From assembly GCA_027036135.1 (NCBI GenBank), contig JALVSY010000007.1, forward strand, positions 1,074,884 through 1,138,883: DNA of 64,000 nt, in the 5' to 3' direction. The notes below the pieces were generated by a model. It ran no database searches. It saw only the letters and a list, made by a program, of their open reading frames with translations, and was not told the origin of the DNA. The stretch comes from Pyrodictiaceae archaeon. Lineage in GTDB: Archaea; Thermoproteota; Thermoprotei_A; Sulfolobales; Pyrodictiaceae. Positions 26,100 through 35,922 of this stretch are shown in pieces (position 1 is the first letter of the stretch; every line of letters starts with the position of its first letter). The position numbers were made by a program, and so were the translations under genes.

Positions 26100-27522
26100 G
26101 TGTTGACGAGATGTGGCTATCCCTCAAGTATCCTGGACATGGCTTTCTGTTCAGCAACTAATAGCGAGTCTCTCGTAATCGATACCCGGGGTAGGAAGCT
26201 CAGCTACCCAGAGCTAATGAGCAAAGCCAGTAGGGCTGCAAAAATCCTTGCAGAAAAATACAAGGTGTGGAGCAACAATATAGCTATAGCCCCTATCAAT
26301 AGCCTCAACTCCCTAGTGATAATCTTGGCCTCGTGGATGACAGGCTCAGTAATTACTGTAATTGATCCGCTTAGTCACAACATGGATCTAGAGCAACAGC
26401 TGGCCCAGATAAGGCCAAAGCTGCTTATAACTTCGCGTGACTTCTCTACGAGGCACTGTAGCGTTGCTGGAAAAACAAGGGCCAGGTGCGTCCTAGTAGA
26501 GGAGCTAGTAGAGGAGGCAGGTGCAGGTACTAGTTGGGAGAACTATTACAGGCCTCGTGGATGGGATAATGCTCTCATCTATTTCTATGCAGGTATTGCT
26601 GGTAGGACGATGCCTGTTATACATACCCATAGCGGGGTAGCTGCCTCGGCCTACACTGTTACCCAGCACTATAGCCTTAGCAGTGATGATAGAGTACTTG
26701 TCGTCTCGCCTATAAGTCATGCACTTGGCCTACAAATATCGCTGTTAGCAGGCATAGCTGCTGGGACAACAGTAGGGCTCTATACGCGCACAAAGAGCCT
26801 AGACCCCGGCCATGCAGCGCGGACAATGAAGGAGTTTGACCCGAGCCTAGTCCTAGCAGCTCCAGGGCTCTTCAAGGCCCTGCTCGAAGCAGGATACAAT
26901 GGCAACCCGGGGCTACGCTACCCTGTAAGCGCCGGAGCTCCACTTCCCCGAAGCCTCCAAGAGAGGTGGAGAAATGTAACGGGAGTAGAGCTGCTGCAGC
27001 TCTACGGCATGACTGAGGCAGCTCCTGTCTCAGCAACTCTCCCAGGAGAGAATCCACCTAGGAGCATAGGTAAACCGATGCCGGGTATTGAGGTGAGACT
27101 AGACAGCAGTAATAGCGTGGGTTGAATTACTTGTCCGAGGCCCCGTGATCATGAGGGGATACGCGGATCCCGAGGAGACGAGGAAAGCATTTACGCTGGA
27201 CGGGTGGCTAAGGACAGGCGATATCATTGAGATAAGGGATGGCTTCCTCTATTTTAGAGGCGTAAAGAAGAGGATGATAAAGTACAAGGGTTATCCCGTC
27301 TTTCCGCGAGACCTTGAGTTGATGCTTGAGCAGCACCCAGCTGTCTCGAGAGCTATTGTGCGTGGCGAGCCCCGCGAGGATGTGGGCCAGATACCAGTCG
27401 CAGAGATATGGCTTAAACCAGGAGCAAGGGTTTCCGAAGAGGAGTTGTTAGAGTGGGTTAACACGCGCGTGGCTCCCTACAAGAGAGTGAGGAAGATAAT
27501 ACTACGGGGCGAGAGCACCTAG
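26100..27522 (+). pseudogene. AMP-dependent synthetase/ligase with a degenerate P-loop, split by a +1 frameshift at about 27122
   Basis: ORFs 26100..27125 and 27145..27522 join as ...DSSNSVG|ELLVRGPVIMRGY if one T of GGTTGAA is removed. YGMTEAAP, GWLRTGDII and KYKGYPVFPRDLE are present. The TSGTTGxPK position reads YAGIAGRTMP. Confidence 0.75.
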
Positions 27523-29339
27523 GCCAGTTTAACCGGCGTTATTATTGTATAGCGATGCGTTAGTAGCTCCTCTATGTCCAGCGGAGTACCAGTAGCAGCG
27601 TTGTGTCTATCAATTATCTGCTTTAGCTCCTCTATTTCATCGTCTCTTAGGTACCGGTACTCGGCATGAGGGTAGCCGATGTGCAATACGCCCCAAAGCC
27701 TCTCAAGAACTCTGAACCTGTCTCCTAGCACACTCTTTAGCTCAGAGACACTTCGTGCTCTTAAGGCGCTATACATCTCCTTCTGGCCTATCTCGCCCCT
27801 AGAAGCTAATGCTTTAATGTATCTCTCTATCTGCCTCCTCGGCGGCGCCTTGCCAACACTGCTCAGCGGTATATGTCCTTTCACGTAGATCTTCCCACCG
27901 ACCATTCCAGTGGCGACGTACTTGCCTACCTTGCCGAGTACAAGTATCCTTCCACCAGCCATGAACTCGCCTAGATAGTCTCCCGCATCTCCATGCACCA
28001 CTATTATTCCTCCCTTGAGCTGAACACCTAGCCTATTACCAGCATTGCCGAGTACGTGTAGCTCATCACTCCTCATTGCCTGTGCAGCAGAGTCGCCAAC
28101 ATCGCCGTAGACAATAATTCTTGAGTTCTCAGCACAATCAGCCAAGTCCTCCTGGGCACTCCCGTAGATTCGGACCTCTAATCCCTCCACGAGGTTTAGG
28201 CTAGCATTGCCCACAATGCCCCATAGCTCTAATTTGCCAGGGCCGAGACCGCTTGCTACATACCGGTGGCCAAGGAGATTATATGCTGCAGCGTAGCCTC
28301 TCTCAGAGAGCATCTTCGCTAGCTCAGCGTTTAGCTCACTCCTGGTAAGCCCAGAGGCATCAATAGCCCACCTGGGTGGCTTCGGGTAGTCATAGACCTT
28401 GTAGGCGACTAGGCCCTTAGCTATTATCTCTCCATCGGGATAGACAATTACCCTCCCATCTCCTCGGAGAAGCTGAGGCCTCGCACCCGGCTCCATGGCT
28501 TTTATCGCAGCTGCCTCGCTGGCGACGTAGACCACTCCATTCTCTATAGCTACATACAGTGGTCTCAAGTGGTGACGGTCAATGAATGCTCCTAGGAGAG
28601 GCCCCTGGGGCTCACCGTGCAGAAACACCACGGCATAAGGGCCGTCAAGCCTAGCCCAGCGTAGCCCTCTACCATAGACAAGCATATCTATCATATCATC
28701 AGCATTATAGCCATCCTTCATAAGCATATCTATAAGATAGGCTATTACCTCGCTATCATTCCCAGTAAAGCTCCTTACTCCGAGGAGGTACTCTACCAGC
28801 CTCTTGTTGGAGCCATAACTGCTGAGATCCCCGTTATGGATTATTACAGTCTCCCCGCAACTAAATGGGTGTGCTAGCCATGGGCGGAATCCGGGGCTAT
28901 TTGTGGGGTACCTTGTATGCCCTATCCAGGCCGGGCTGACCTTGCCCCAAAGATTATATGACTCCGCGACCTCGTGTGGCCGACCAATGCTCTTCCATAC
29001 CTCCAGGAACCTCGAACTCTGCAATACGCGTAGCTTGCCTAGTTGTTGTCTGCTGGGATAATCTCGCAGTAGCACCTCGTAGACGCTTATCCCGTGGCCA
29101 AGTACAGCTATTCGTCTCGGTTGTTCCTCGGTAACTAGGTGGCTAAGCTCCTCCTCGGGGTTCTCGAGGTGCTCGTCTATGAAGACTCGTAGCCTCACAT
29201 ACCCGTTTGGCTCTGGGCTGTACGCTGCATAGCCTGCCCCGTGCTCGGTGCCTCTCTCCTCCATTGCTCGTAACGCTGCTAGTACTCTTTGGAAACCCAA
29301 CATCTCGTCGAGGCTGATTGCCCCAGCTATACCGCACAA
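27519..29339 (-). CDS. glutamate synthase-related protein: class-II glutamine amidotransferase domain fused to a GXGXG domain
   Basis: N-terminal MCGIAG (Ntn Cys). The C-terminal beta-helix repeats VYGDVGDSAAQ / VLGNAGNRLGV / VHGDAGDYLGE / VLGKVGKYVAT are typical of the GltB C-terminal domain. Confidence 0.8.
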   Translation of the reverse strand: MCGIAGAISLDEMLGFQRVLAALRAMEERGTEHGAGYAAYSPEPNGYVRLRVFIDEHLENPEEELSHLVTEEQPRRIAVLGHGISVYEVLLRDYPSRQQLGKLRVLQSSRFLEVWKSIGRPHEVAESYNLWGKVSPAWIGHTRYPTNSPGFRPWLAHPFSCGETVIIHNGDLSSYGSNKRLVEYLLGVRSFTGNDSEVIAYLIDMLMKDGYNADDMIDMLVYGRGLRWARLDGPYAVVFLHGEPQGPLLGAFIDRHHLRPLYVAIENGVVYVASEAAAIKAMEPGARPQLLRGDGRVIVYPDGEIIAKGLVAYKVYDYPKPPRWAIDASGLTRSELNAELAKMLSERGYAAAYNLLGHRYVASGLGPGKLELWGIVGNASLNLVEGLEVRIYGSAQEDLADCAENSRIIVYGDVGDSAAQAMRSDELHVLGNAGNRLGVQLKGGIIVVHGDAGDYLGEFMAGGRILVLGKVGKYVATGMVGGKIYVKGHIPLSSVGKAPPRRQIERYIKALASRGEIGQKEMYSALRARSVSELKSVLGDRFRVLERLWGVLHIGYPHAEYRYLRDDEIEELKQIIDRHNAATGTPLDIEELLTHRYTIITPVKLA

Positions 29340-29345
29340 GGGGTA

Positions 29346-31445
29346 TCAAGCCCCGGCCAGTGGTACTTCAAGCGACTTTGCTACTAGCCCGTCTAGGCTT
29401 CGTAGAAGCCACCTATTGCCCTGAAGGCTCTGGTAGCTCGTGACGCCGCCCGCGCCCATGAGGAGTTTCAGCTCCCAAGCAAGCTCTATCAATGTGTTCT
29501 CATAAGCCTCTCTACGCAGCTCATAGGGTTGTCCACTAAGCTTCCTATGTAACGTGTTGAAGAGTTTGCGTGGTGAAGCTAGGTCTGCTCCAAGCGCTAC
29601 GAGCTTATAGACATCGGCACCGTCACGTAGCTGGCCAGCAGCAACCAGGGTTACGGTATCCCTTACACAGTTGCGCCAGTACTCGTCGTCGAGCCTAACA
29701 ACCCATTCCTCGAGCCATGGTTTCGCTCGCCCATGCTTACCCCTAAGCTCCTCGTCAATGATTACTATCCTATAGCCAGGTGGCGGATAGAGCCCAGGCG
29801 GCACTGATATGGCGAGTGGGTGCTCCATGAGGCTGCACTCAAGCGGGTAGCCGAGAGCCTCGGCTGCTTCCACAAGAGCTTCGTCTATGCACGGGACGGT
29901 TATGGGTGCCTCGTAGACCTCTCCATTAAAGATTCTTGTCTCTAGGCTTATCTCCTCGCGGTATGGGTCAATGCTGGGTCTTGTTACCTGGGCGGCCTCT
30001 ATTCTCAAGAGGTCTATTGGTCTCTCAGCTGGAGTAGTATAGCCTGGCACGTATCCGCCCATGCCTATGATGGGGGTCTTGGCCCTCTCGTAGACCACTT
30101 CCTCAACATTGACCTCATCTAGGGGGTCGCGGTACCAGGCTACTTGCCCTGGATCCGCTAGCTCAACGCCAATAGCCTCGGCGACACACTCGTCTACATT
30201 ATGGAGCTCGAGGAGGTCTCTTCGCCCCACTAGTTTCTGCAGCTTGTCCTCGCCCAGAGCATAGGTTATGAGCTTAAGTGTTCTCTCGAGGGCTCTTAGC
30301 CAGTTTACTACACGTCTAGTAGCCCATTCTATGTCTACTCGTAGTGGATGAGTAAGGCTATTAGTTAGCCCTGTCGGGCACTTGCCAGTATAGCATAGAT
30401 GGCACATGATGCACCCCATTGCTATGAGAGCTGCTGTCCCTATGTTAGCCATGTTTGCCCCTAGGAGGATTAGTTTGGCTATGTCCTCTCCACTAGAGAT
30501 CATTCCCCCGCCTATGAGGAGGAAGCCCCTCCTAGCACCGTTGTGACGGAGAAGCTTATCCGCTACCGGGATAGCATAGTCAACCGGTATGCCTATGTGG
30601 TCTCTCACTATACGCGGCGCTGCCCCAGTGCCTGCTCCAGCCCCATCGATTATGGCTCCGAGGGCCGATGAACGAGCAATACCCACTGCAACAAAGCCCA
30701 CCTGGTGACTCGCAGCAGTCTTAACGAGCACAGGCTTTCCAGTTAGCTCCCTAAGCATCCTAACCCTCTGGGCCAGGTCCTCTATGCTGTAAATATCGTG
30801 GTGTGGTGCGGGGCTTAGAGCCTCTGTCCCCCGTGGTAGCTTGCGAAGCCTAGCTATATCTCCTACAACCTTTGTCCCAGGCAGGTGGCCTCCTATACCG
30901 GGCTTAGCTCCCTGCCCAATCTTTATGTTCACGGCTATTCCTCTTCGGATCATGTAGCGATCTATGCCGAAGCGGCCACTAGCCCACTGGATGACAATGT
31001 TCCTACTCTTAGCCACCTCGGGGTGGAGGCCTCCCTCGCCGACGCCGACTACGGCTCCAGCAATATCAGCTGCACGCGCCAACGCTATGTTTGGTCTACC
31101 AGAGAGTGCCCCGAAACTCATATCCCCGAGGTAGACTGGGACTCTTAGCTTGATGCCCGCGAACTCGAGCCCAACATCAACATCTAGCCTATCTATTCCA
31201 TTTGGCCCGAGCTTTCTCTGCAAGTCCTCTAGCTCACTTGGCCTCAAGTCTCGGAAGCCGAGTCGATCGAGTATCCTGCCTCTTTTCCTTGGAGGGCTAA
31301 TAGCTCTCGGCTCAATACCCTCGCTGGCAGCATGCCTTATCCATGCTATTCTATAGTGTTTCCAAAAACCGAGCCTGTCTCCCACGGGATGCTTATAGGT
31401 ATTCAATATAATGTATCTTTGCTTATTCTCTCTGGTTCTATTCAA
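29346..31445 (-). CDS. glutamate synthase FMN-binding (GltB domain 2) protein with a C-terminal extension of about 220 aa
   Basis: MSFGALS, GEGG, IKIGQGAKPGIGGHLPG, IDGAGAGTGAAP, GGGMISSGEDIAKLILLGA and the cluster motif CIMCHLCYTGKCPTG. TTG start. Confidence 0.85.
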   Translation of the reverse strand: MNRTRENKQRYIILNTYKHPVGDRLGFWKHYRIAWIRHAASEGIEPRAISPPRKRGRILDRLGFRDLRPSELEDLQRKLGPNGIDRLDVDVGLEFAGIKLRVPVYLGDMSFGALSGRPNIALARAADIAGAVVGVGEGGLHPEVAKSRNIVIQWASGRFGIDRYMIRRGIAVNIKIGQGAKPGIGGHLPGTKVVGDIARLRKLPRGTEALSPAPHHDIYSIEDLAQRVRMLRELTGKPVLVKTAASHQVGFVAVGIARSSALGAIIDGAGAGTGAAPRIVRDHIGIPVDYAIPVADKLLRHNGARRGFLLIGGGMISSGEDIAKLILLGANMANIGTAALIAMGCIMCHLCYTGKCPTGLTNSLTHPLRVDIEWATRRVVNWLRALERTLKLITYALGEDKLQKLVGRRDLLELHNVDECVAEAIGVELADPGQVAWYRDPLDEVNVEEVVYERAKTPIIGMGGYVPGYTTPAERPIDLLRIEAAQVTRPSIDPYREEISLETRIFNGEVYEAPITVPCIDEALVEAAEALGYPLECSLMEHPLAISVPPGLYPPPGYRIVIIDEELRGKHGRAKPWLEEWVVRLDDEYWRNCVRDTVTLVAAGQLRDGADVYKLVALGADLASPRKLFNTLHRKLSGQPYELRREAYENTLIELAWELKLLMGAGGVTSYQSLQGNRWLLRSLDGLVAKSLEVPLAGA

Positions 31446-31636
31446 ATGCTACACCTAAGAAGGTGGCCTGCTAATGGGAATAACTAATAAATGCTTTTTG
31501 TTCATAAGTTGTACGGATTAATGAAGCCTTGTTATGCCTCTCTTAAGGAGATTATTCTGCGTAAAACAGGGTTCTGAATGTCTACATGCTCTAGTACTGG
31601 GGAGCTAAATATGTACCTTCTTAACTGGTGCGAATC

Positions 31637-33064
31637 CTAATCAGCGCCAGGAAGCCTCGCCTCGAGGCCTAGCTTCTCTGCTACGCCCAGAGCTGCTAGG
31701 TAGCCCGTAGCGGCTGCGACGTTTATTCCGCGGCTTAGCCCGGCGCCGTCGCCTGCTACGTATAGCCCCTCTATGCTTGTCTCCATGGTTGGTGGTCTCA
31801 CTTTTACCCGGAGAGCATAGTACTTTACCTCGGGAGCGTAGAGTAGTGTGTGCTTGCTCCACACACCCGGTGCGAGATCGTCGAGCCTTTCTAGTCCCTC
31901 GAGTATATCTGTGAGTACTCGGAATGGTAGAGCCATGCTTATGTCACCGGGTGTTGCGATTTTCAGTGTCGGCTCTACTACGCTTCTCTCAATACGGTCC
32001 CAGGTGCTCCTCCTCCCTGCTAGTAGGTCGCCTAGTCTCTGTATGAGGGGCTTGCCTCCGCCGAGCTTGGTTGCTATGCGCGCAATGTTCTTGCCATAGT
32101 CTAGTGGCTCCTCCATGGGGTCTGTGAGCTTTATTGTTACTAGGAAGGCGAAGTTCGTGTTAAGGCTCTTCCGGGTAGCATATGTCTCTCCGTTAACGCC
32201 TACCGTGCCATCGGGGTAGACCTCCTCCACTACGAAGCCCCGTGGGTTTGTACAGAACGTCCTAGCCTTGTCGTCGAAGGTCTTAGTGTAGAATATCACC
32301 TTGGGGTCCCATACCACGCTCGTTAAGGGCTCCATGACTCGGTAGGGCACCTCAACCCTCACGCCAACATCCAGTGGCCCTGGCTCGGTCTCCAAGCCTA
32401 TTCTCTTAGCCTCCCTAGCTAGCCACGTTGAACCACTACGCCCCGGCGCAAGTATCACTGTCCTCGAGCTTATCTCGCCCCTACTCGTCACTAGTCTAAA
32501 CCCGCTATGCCCCGGCTCTAATCGCTCCACGCGGGTAAGTGTGAGCAGCTTCACACCCATGCGCTCCAAGTAGTCCTCCATAGCCGCTATTACCTTAACG
32601 GTGTTCTCTGTCCCCATATGCCGCTGCTTTATAGGGATAAACTTAGCCCCCGCCTTCACAGCTCTCCGCTCAAGCTCAGAGCTCCTTGATGGATCGGGCT
32701 CGAATAATCTGTCACGGGGAGCGCCGAAGTAGAGGAAGACCTTATCAACCATGTCTATTAGCCTCTGAGCCTTCTCCCAGCTACCTAGTAGGCGGTGAAG
32801 CTCGCCACCAACATCTGGTCTGAGATTAATTATACCGCTACTGAACGTCCCAGCTCCACCAACGCCCTGCATTACGTGGCACGGTTTGCAATAGGCGCAT
32901 TTACCAGTAACTCTTAGCGGGCACCGTCGCTGTGCAACGCGTAACCCAGCATCAATGAGAGCTACTCTTGCTCTTCCACGACTAGCCTCGCCAGCGAGCG
33001 CTAGCGCGGCGAAGAGCCCTGCAGGCCCAGCACCAACTATAGCTACGTTGAATTCCTTTACCAT
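31637..33064 (-). CDS. FAD-dependent oxidoreductase (COG2509-like uncharacterised dehydrogenase)
   Basis: Dinucleotide fold VAIVGAGPAGLFAALAL, C-terminal GLYVAGDGAGLSRGI. 475 aa. Confidence 0.7.
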   Translation of the reverse strand: MVKEFNVAIVGAGPAGLFAALALAGEASRGRARVALIDAGLRVAQRRCPLRVTGKCAYCKPCHVMQGVGGAGTFSSGIINLRPDVGGELHRLLGSWEKAQRLIDMVDKVFLYFGAPRDRLFEPDPSRSSELERRAVKAGAKFIPIKQRHMGTENTVKVIAAMEDYLERMGVKLLTLTRVERLEPGHSGFRLVTSRGEISSRTVILAPGRSGSTWLAREAKRIGLETEPGPLDVGVRVEVPYRVMEPLTSVVWDPKVIFYTKTFDDKARTFCTNPRGFVVEEVYPDGTVGVNGETYATRKSLNTNFAFLVTIKLTDPMEEPLDYGKNIARIATKLGGGKPLIQRLGDLLAGRRSTWDRIERSVVEPTLKIATPGDISMALPFRVLTDILEGLERLDDLAPGVWSKHTLLYAPEVKYYALRVKVRPPTMETSIEGLYVAGDGAGLSRGINVAAATGYLAALGVAEKLGLEARLPGAD

Positions 33065-34101
33065 GCTATCACCTCTCTTGAGCGATCAATTACGCAGCCG
33101 ACTTCCTCGCCCGTACCTATGACCGAGACTGGGGCACCGAGCCTATCCTCTACCTCCTCTATCCACTTTCTCGCCTCCCTCGACAGCTTCTCCCATGACC
33201 TGGCGCACCGGGTCTCGGGAAACAACTTGTCCAGCTTAGTAATGGCTATATCGGTAGCGGAGTTCGCTTTAACAGCCCTAGCCGCCAGCTCGTAGTTGAA
33301 AGCAGCTACTCTCCTAGGCCTACCAGTAACGGTGCCGTACTCTATCCAGCCAAGCTTCTCCGCCTCCTCGCGACTAATCTCGCCGAGCAAGGGGCCCGCG
33401 CCCACGCGGGTAACATATGCCTTAAACACGACGGTAATCCTATCAACGCTGCGCGGCCCAAGCCCAATTTCGCTAAGAGCAGCAGCGGCGGTCGTGTCGC
33501 GGCTGGTTACGAAGGGATAGGTGCCGTGGTATAGGCTGAGCCAGTATCCCTGCGAAGCCTCTACTAGGACTAGCTCGCCGCGCTCAATGGCTTCTAGGAG
33601 CAAGGCCTGGGTATCAGCAAGGAATTGTTTTAGGACAGGATAGTCGCGGGCTAGGCGGAGGCGGCGAAGAACCCTGTCAACCATCGCGGCCCCTACACCA
33701 CTACCCGTCGAGCCTATATGAGACATGAGGTAGTAGTCGCTCCTCTCCCTCTCAACGTGCTCCCTCGTAATTATTCCAGTCATCTCGTCAACGAAGAGCC
33801 GACTAGCTACCCCTAGCTCCTCTGCCTCGCTAAGCAAAACCTCTAGAGAGGCAAGAGCCCCGCGAGCAACTATGAGCCCTGTCTCGGGGTTCACGAACCC
33901 GGAGGGAACTATTCTCAGCTTGTACCTCTGCCCCCGGTATACAACGGTGTGGCCAGCATTGGTTGCCCCTGTGCGTACAGCGTAGGATGGGTTCTCGGCT
34001 AGGGAGAAATAAGCAGCTATCTTGCCCTTACCCTCGTCTCCGAAGAACCCGCCTACAACTATATGTAAGGGCACTGGCTCCCAAAGCCAGAGAACCCCCA
34101 T
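33058..34101 (-). CDS. purA: adenylosuccinate synthetase (short archaeal form)
   Basis: P-loop GGFFGDEGKGKI, NAGHTV, GSTGSGVG, TVTGRPRR. 347 aa. Confidence 0.85.
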   Translation of the reverse strand: MGVLWLWEPVPLHIVVGGFFGDEGKGKIAAYFSLAENPSYAVRTGATNAGHTVVYRGQRYKLRIVPSGFVNPETGLIVARGALASLEVLLSEAEELGVASRLFVDEMTGIITREHVERERSDYYLMSHIGSTGSGVGAAMVDRVLRRLRLARDYPVLKQFLADTQALLLEAIERGELVLVEASQGYWLSLYHGTYPFVTSRDTTAAAALSEIGLGPRSVDRITVVFKAYVTRVGAGPLLGEISREEAEKLGWIEYGTVTGRPRRVAAFNYELAARAVKANSATDIAITKLDKLFPETRCARSWEKLSREARKWIEEVEDRLGAPVSVIGTGEEVGCVIDRSREVIAW

Positions 34102-34269
34102 GGTTCTAGTAAATAATCCTTATTGACACCGAGCAGCAACAACAATGTTATAACGACTCTTATAAAAATACTGATGAGGCGACTAGCAGCACCATTGCCT
34201 CTAGGGATGAACCACAAGAAACCCAGAAACTCGTGAAACAAAGTGCAGTGTGGAGACGCGTTAGTGGTG

Positions 34270-35718
34270 CTACCAGGGCGCTATGGTGCTCCTCTTCGGC
34301 TCAACGGCCTCTAGCGGTGCCACCTTCACGAGGCGGAACCTCTCATATATCATCTCGACGCGCCCGGTCTCCGGCTCGATTATGAACTCTACTCTTAGTG
34401 TCCTGCCATTGGCTCTCTGTACGAAGACTGGGTTAGTGGTGCTCATCTCTGTTACGGGTTTTTCTGGCTCGAGTACGGTCTTTCCTCTCCTTGGGTCTAT
34501 TATCTCCATTACTAGGTTGTCCCCTATTCTCTCGAGCCTGGCCTTGACTGTTCCCATGTAGTTGTGATAGATGCCCTCCAGCGTCTCCAGTAGCTTATCC
34601 GCCCTTATGAATGGCAGCTTCTCCGGATCGTCACCCTCGAGGACCATGAGCGCTGCCATAGCAATGTCCCTTGGGGCTGCATCTGCGTTTGCTAGTACCC
34701 CTATTGATAGGCGGTGCTCCGGTATGTAGCCGGCGAACCCTGTATAGACGTATACGCTCCCGCTATGCCCTATGAGCTTGCCCAGGGGATAGCCTTGGTA
34801 GATTATTGTGCCGAGCCCGTAGGAGTCGTCGCCGAATAGCTGGGTGGGTAGCTTTATCCGCGGCTTCTCCATCTCCTCGACGCTGCTCTTTGAGAGGATC
34901 TCGGTATCGCCTAGCTTCCCGCGATTAGCTAGCGCCTGCATGAATTTTGCCAAGTCTATTGCGGTGCTGTATATCCCGCCATCAGCGTATATCGTTGAGG
35001 GCAGCGTCATCGGCTTCGGAGGCCTCTGCGAGGAATCATACGGGGTCGCTAGCAACGGGTTGTTCTTCGCCTCCTCGTACCTAGCAGTGGTGTTCTGGAG
35101 TCCAAGAGGCCTAGCTATGTAGCGCTCAATGTAGTCCGCGTAGCTTAGCCCACTAAGCTTCTCGATTACGAGGCCGAGGGCTACGAAGCCCTCGTTTAGG
35201 TAGAAGAACCTCTCACCCGGAGAAGCGAGGGCCCAGTGCCTGGCACCCCTCTCGAGCCACTCCAGTACATGCCTTGGGTCAGAGTATGGGAGCCACGTGC
35301 CTGACTGGGCGAAGTAGCTGCTTAGTAGTGCTTCTGCATAGCCTAGTGCTGGTATCCCGCTAGTATGGCTAAGCAGGTGCCAAACCCTGACAGGCTCGCC
35401 TTTGACGCGCAGCTCTATGGGGAGATACTTCTCCACCGGATCATCTAGGCTCAGCTTCCCCTTCTCAACTAGTTGCATGATAGCCACGGCTGTGAAGACC
35501 TTGGTTATCGATGCTATCTCGTACACAGTGTCAGGTGTAGCTGGCTTACTCTTCTCGAGGGAGCGGTACCCATAGGCTCGTTGCTCTACGGTCTTCTCCT
35601 CCTTCATGGCTACGAGGCTTAGGCCGGGGACATTCAGCCTAGACATCTTTGAGACAACGTAGCCGTGGAGCCAGCGGAGAAGACTACTAGTCAAGGAGGC
35701 TTGCTCACCGCTTTCCAT
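34270..35718 (-). CDS. serine hydrolase of the beta-lactamase class C / peptidase S12 family with a C-terminal extra domain (Pab87-like layout)
   Basis: SxxK motif ASITKVFTA, YLNEG (YxN), HSGSVY (HxG). A C-terminal domain of about 110 aa follows. Confidence 0.75.
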   Translation of the reverse strand: MESGEQASLTSSLLRWLHGYVVSKMSRLNVPGLSLVAMKEEKTVEQRAYGYRSLEKSKPATPDTVYEIASITKVFTAVAIMQLVEKGKLSLDDPVEKYLPIELRVKGEPVRVWHLLSHTSGIPALGYAEALLSSYFAQSGTWLPYSDPRHVLEWLERGARHWALASPGERFFYLNEGFVALGLVIEKLSGLSYADYIERYIARPLGLQNTTARYEEAKNNPLLATPYDSSQRPPKPMTLPSTIYADGGIYSTAIDLAKFMQALANRGKLGDTEILSKSSVEEMEKPRIKLPTQLFGDDSYGLGTIIYQGYPLGKLIGHSGSVYVYTGFAGYIPEHRLSIGVLANADAAPRDIAMAALMVLEGDDPEKLPFIRADKLLETLEGIYHNYMGTVKARLERIGDNLVMEIIDPRRGKTVLEPEKPVTEMSTTNPVFVQRANGRTLRVEFIIEPETGRVEMIYERFRLVKVAPLEAVEPKRSTIAPW

Positions 35719-35818
35719 AGTATCCTTTTAGCTCGGTTATTGGTGCTCCTCTGCGCGCTACGGCTCCTCTACGTATCCTTCCACGATTAACTAGTGCCGG
35801 TAACTCCCTTGCTGGAGG

Positions 35819-35851
35819 TTTATAAACCTTGGTGTAGATGGCATCTTCACC
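35819..35851 (+). promoter_or_regulatory. TATA-like box plus 21-bp palindrome, copy 3
   Basis: TTTATAAACCTTGGTGTAGATGGCATCTTCACC. One arm mismatch relative to copies 1 and 2. Sits upstream of the wHTH gene. Confidence 0.45.
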
Positions 35852-35922
35852 CCACTATTTTAGGAACAACTAGGGAGTGGTTAAAGCGAGGCACCTTGAC
35901 GGCCAATAATCAGGGCTACAGC

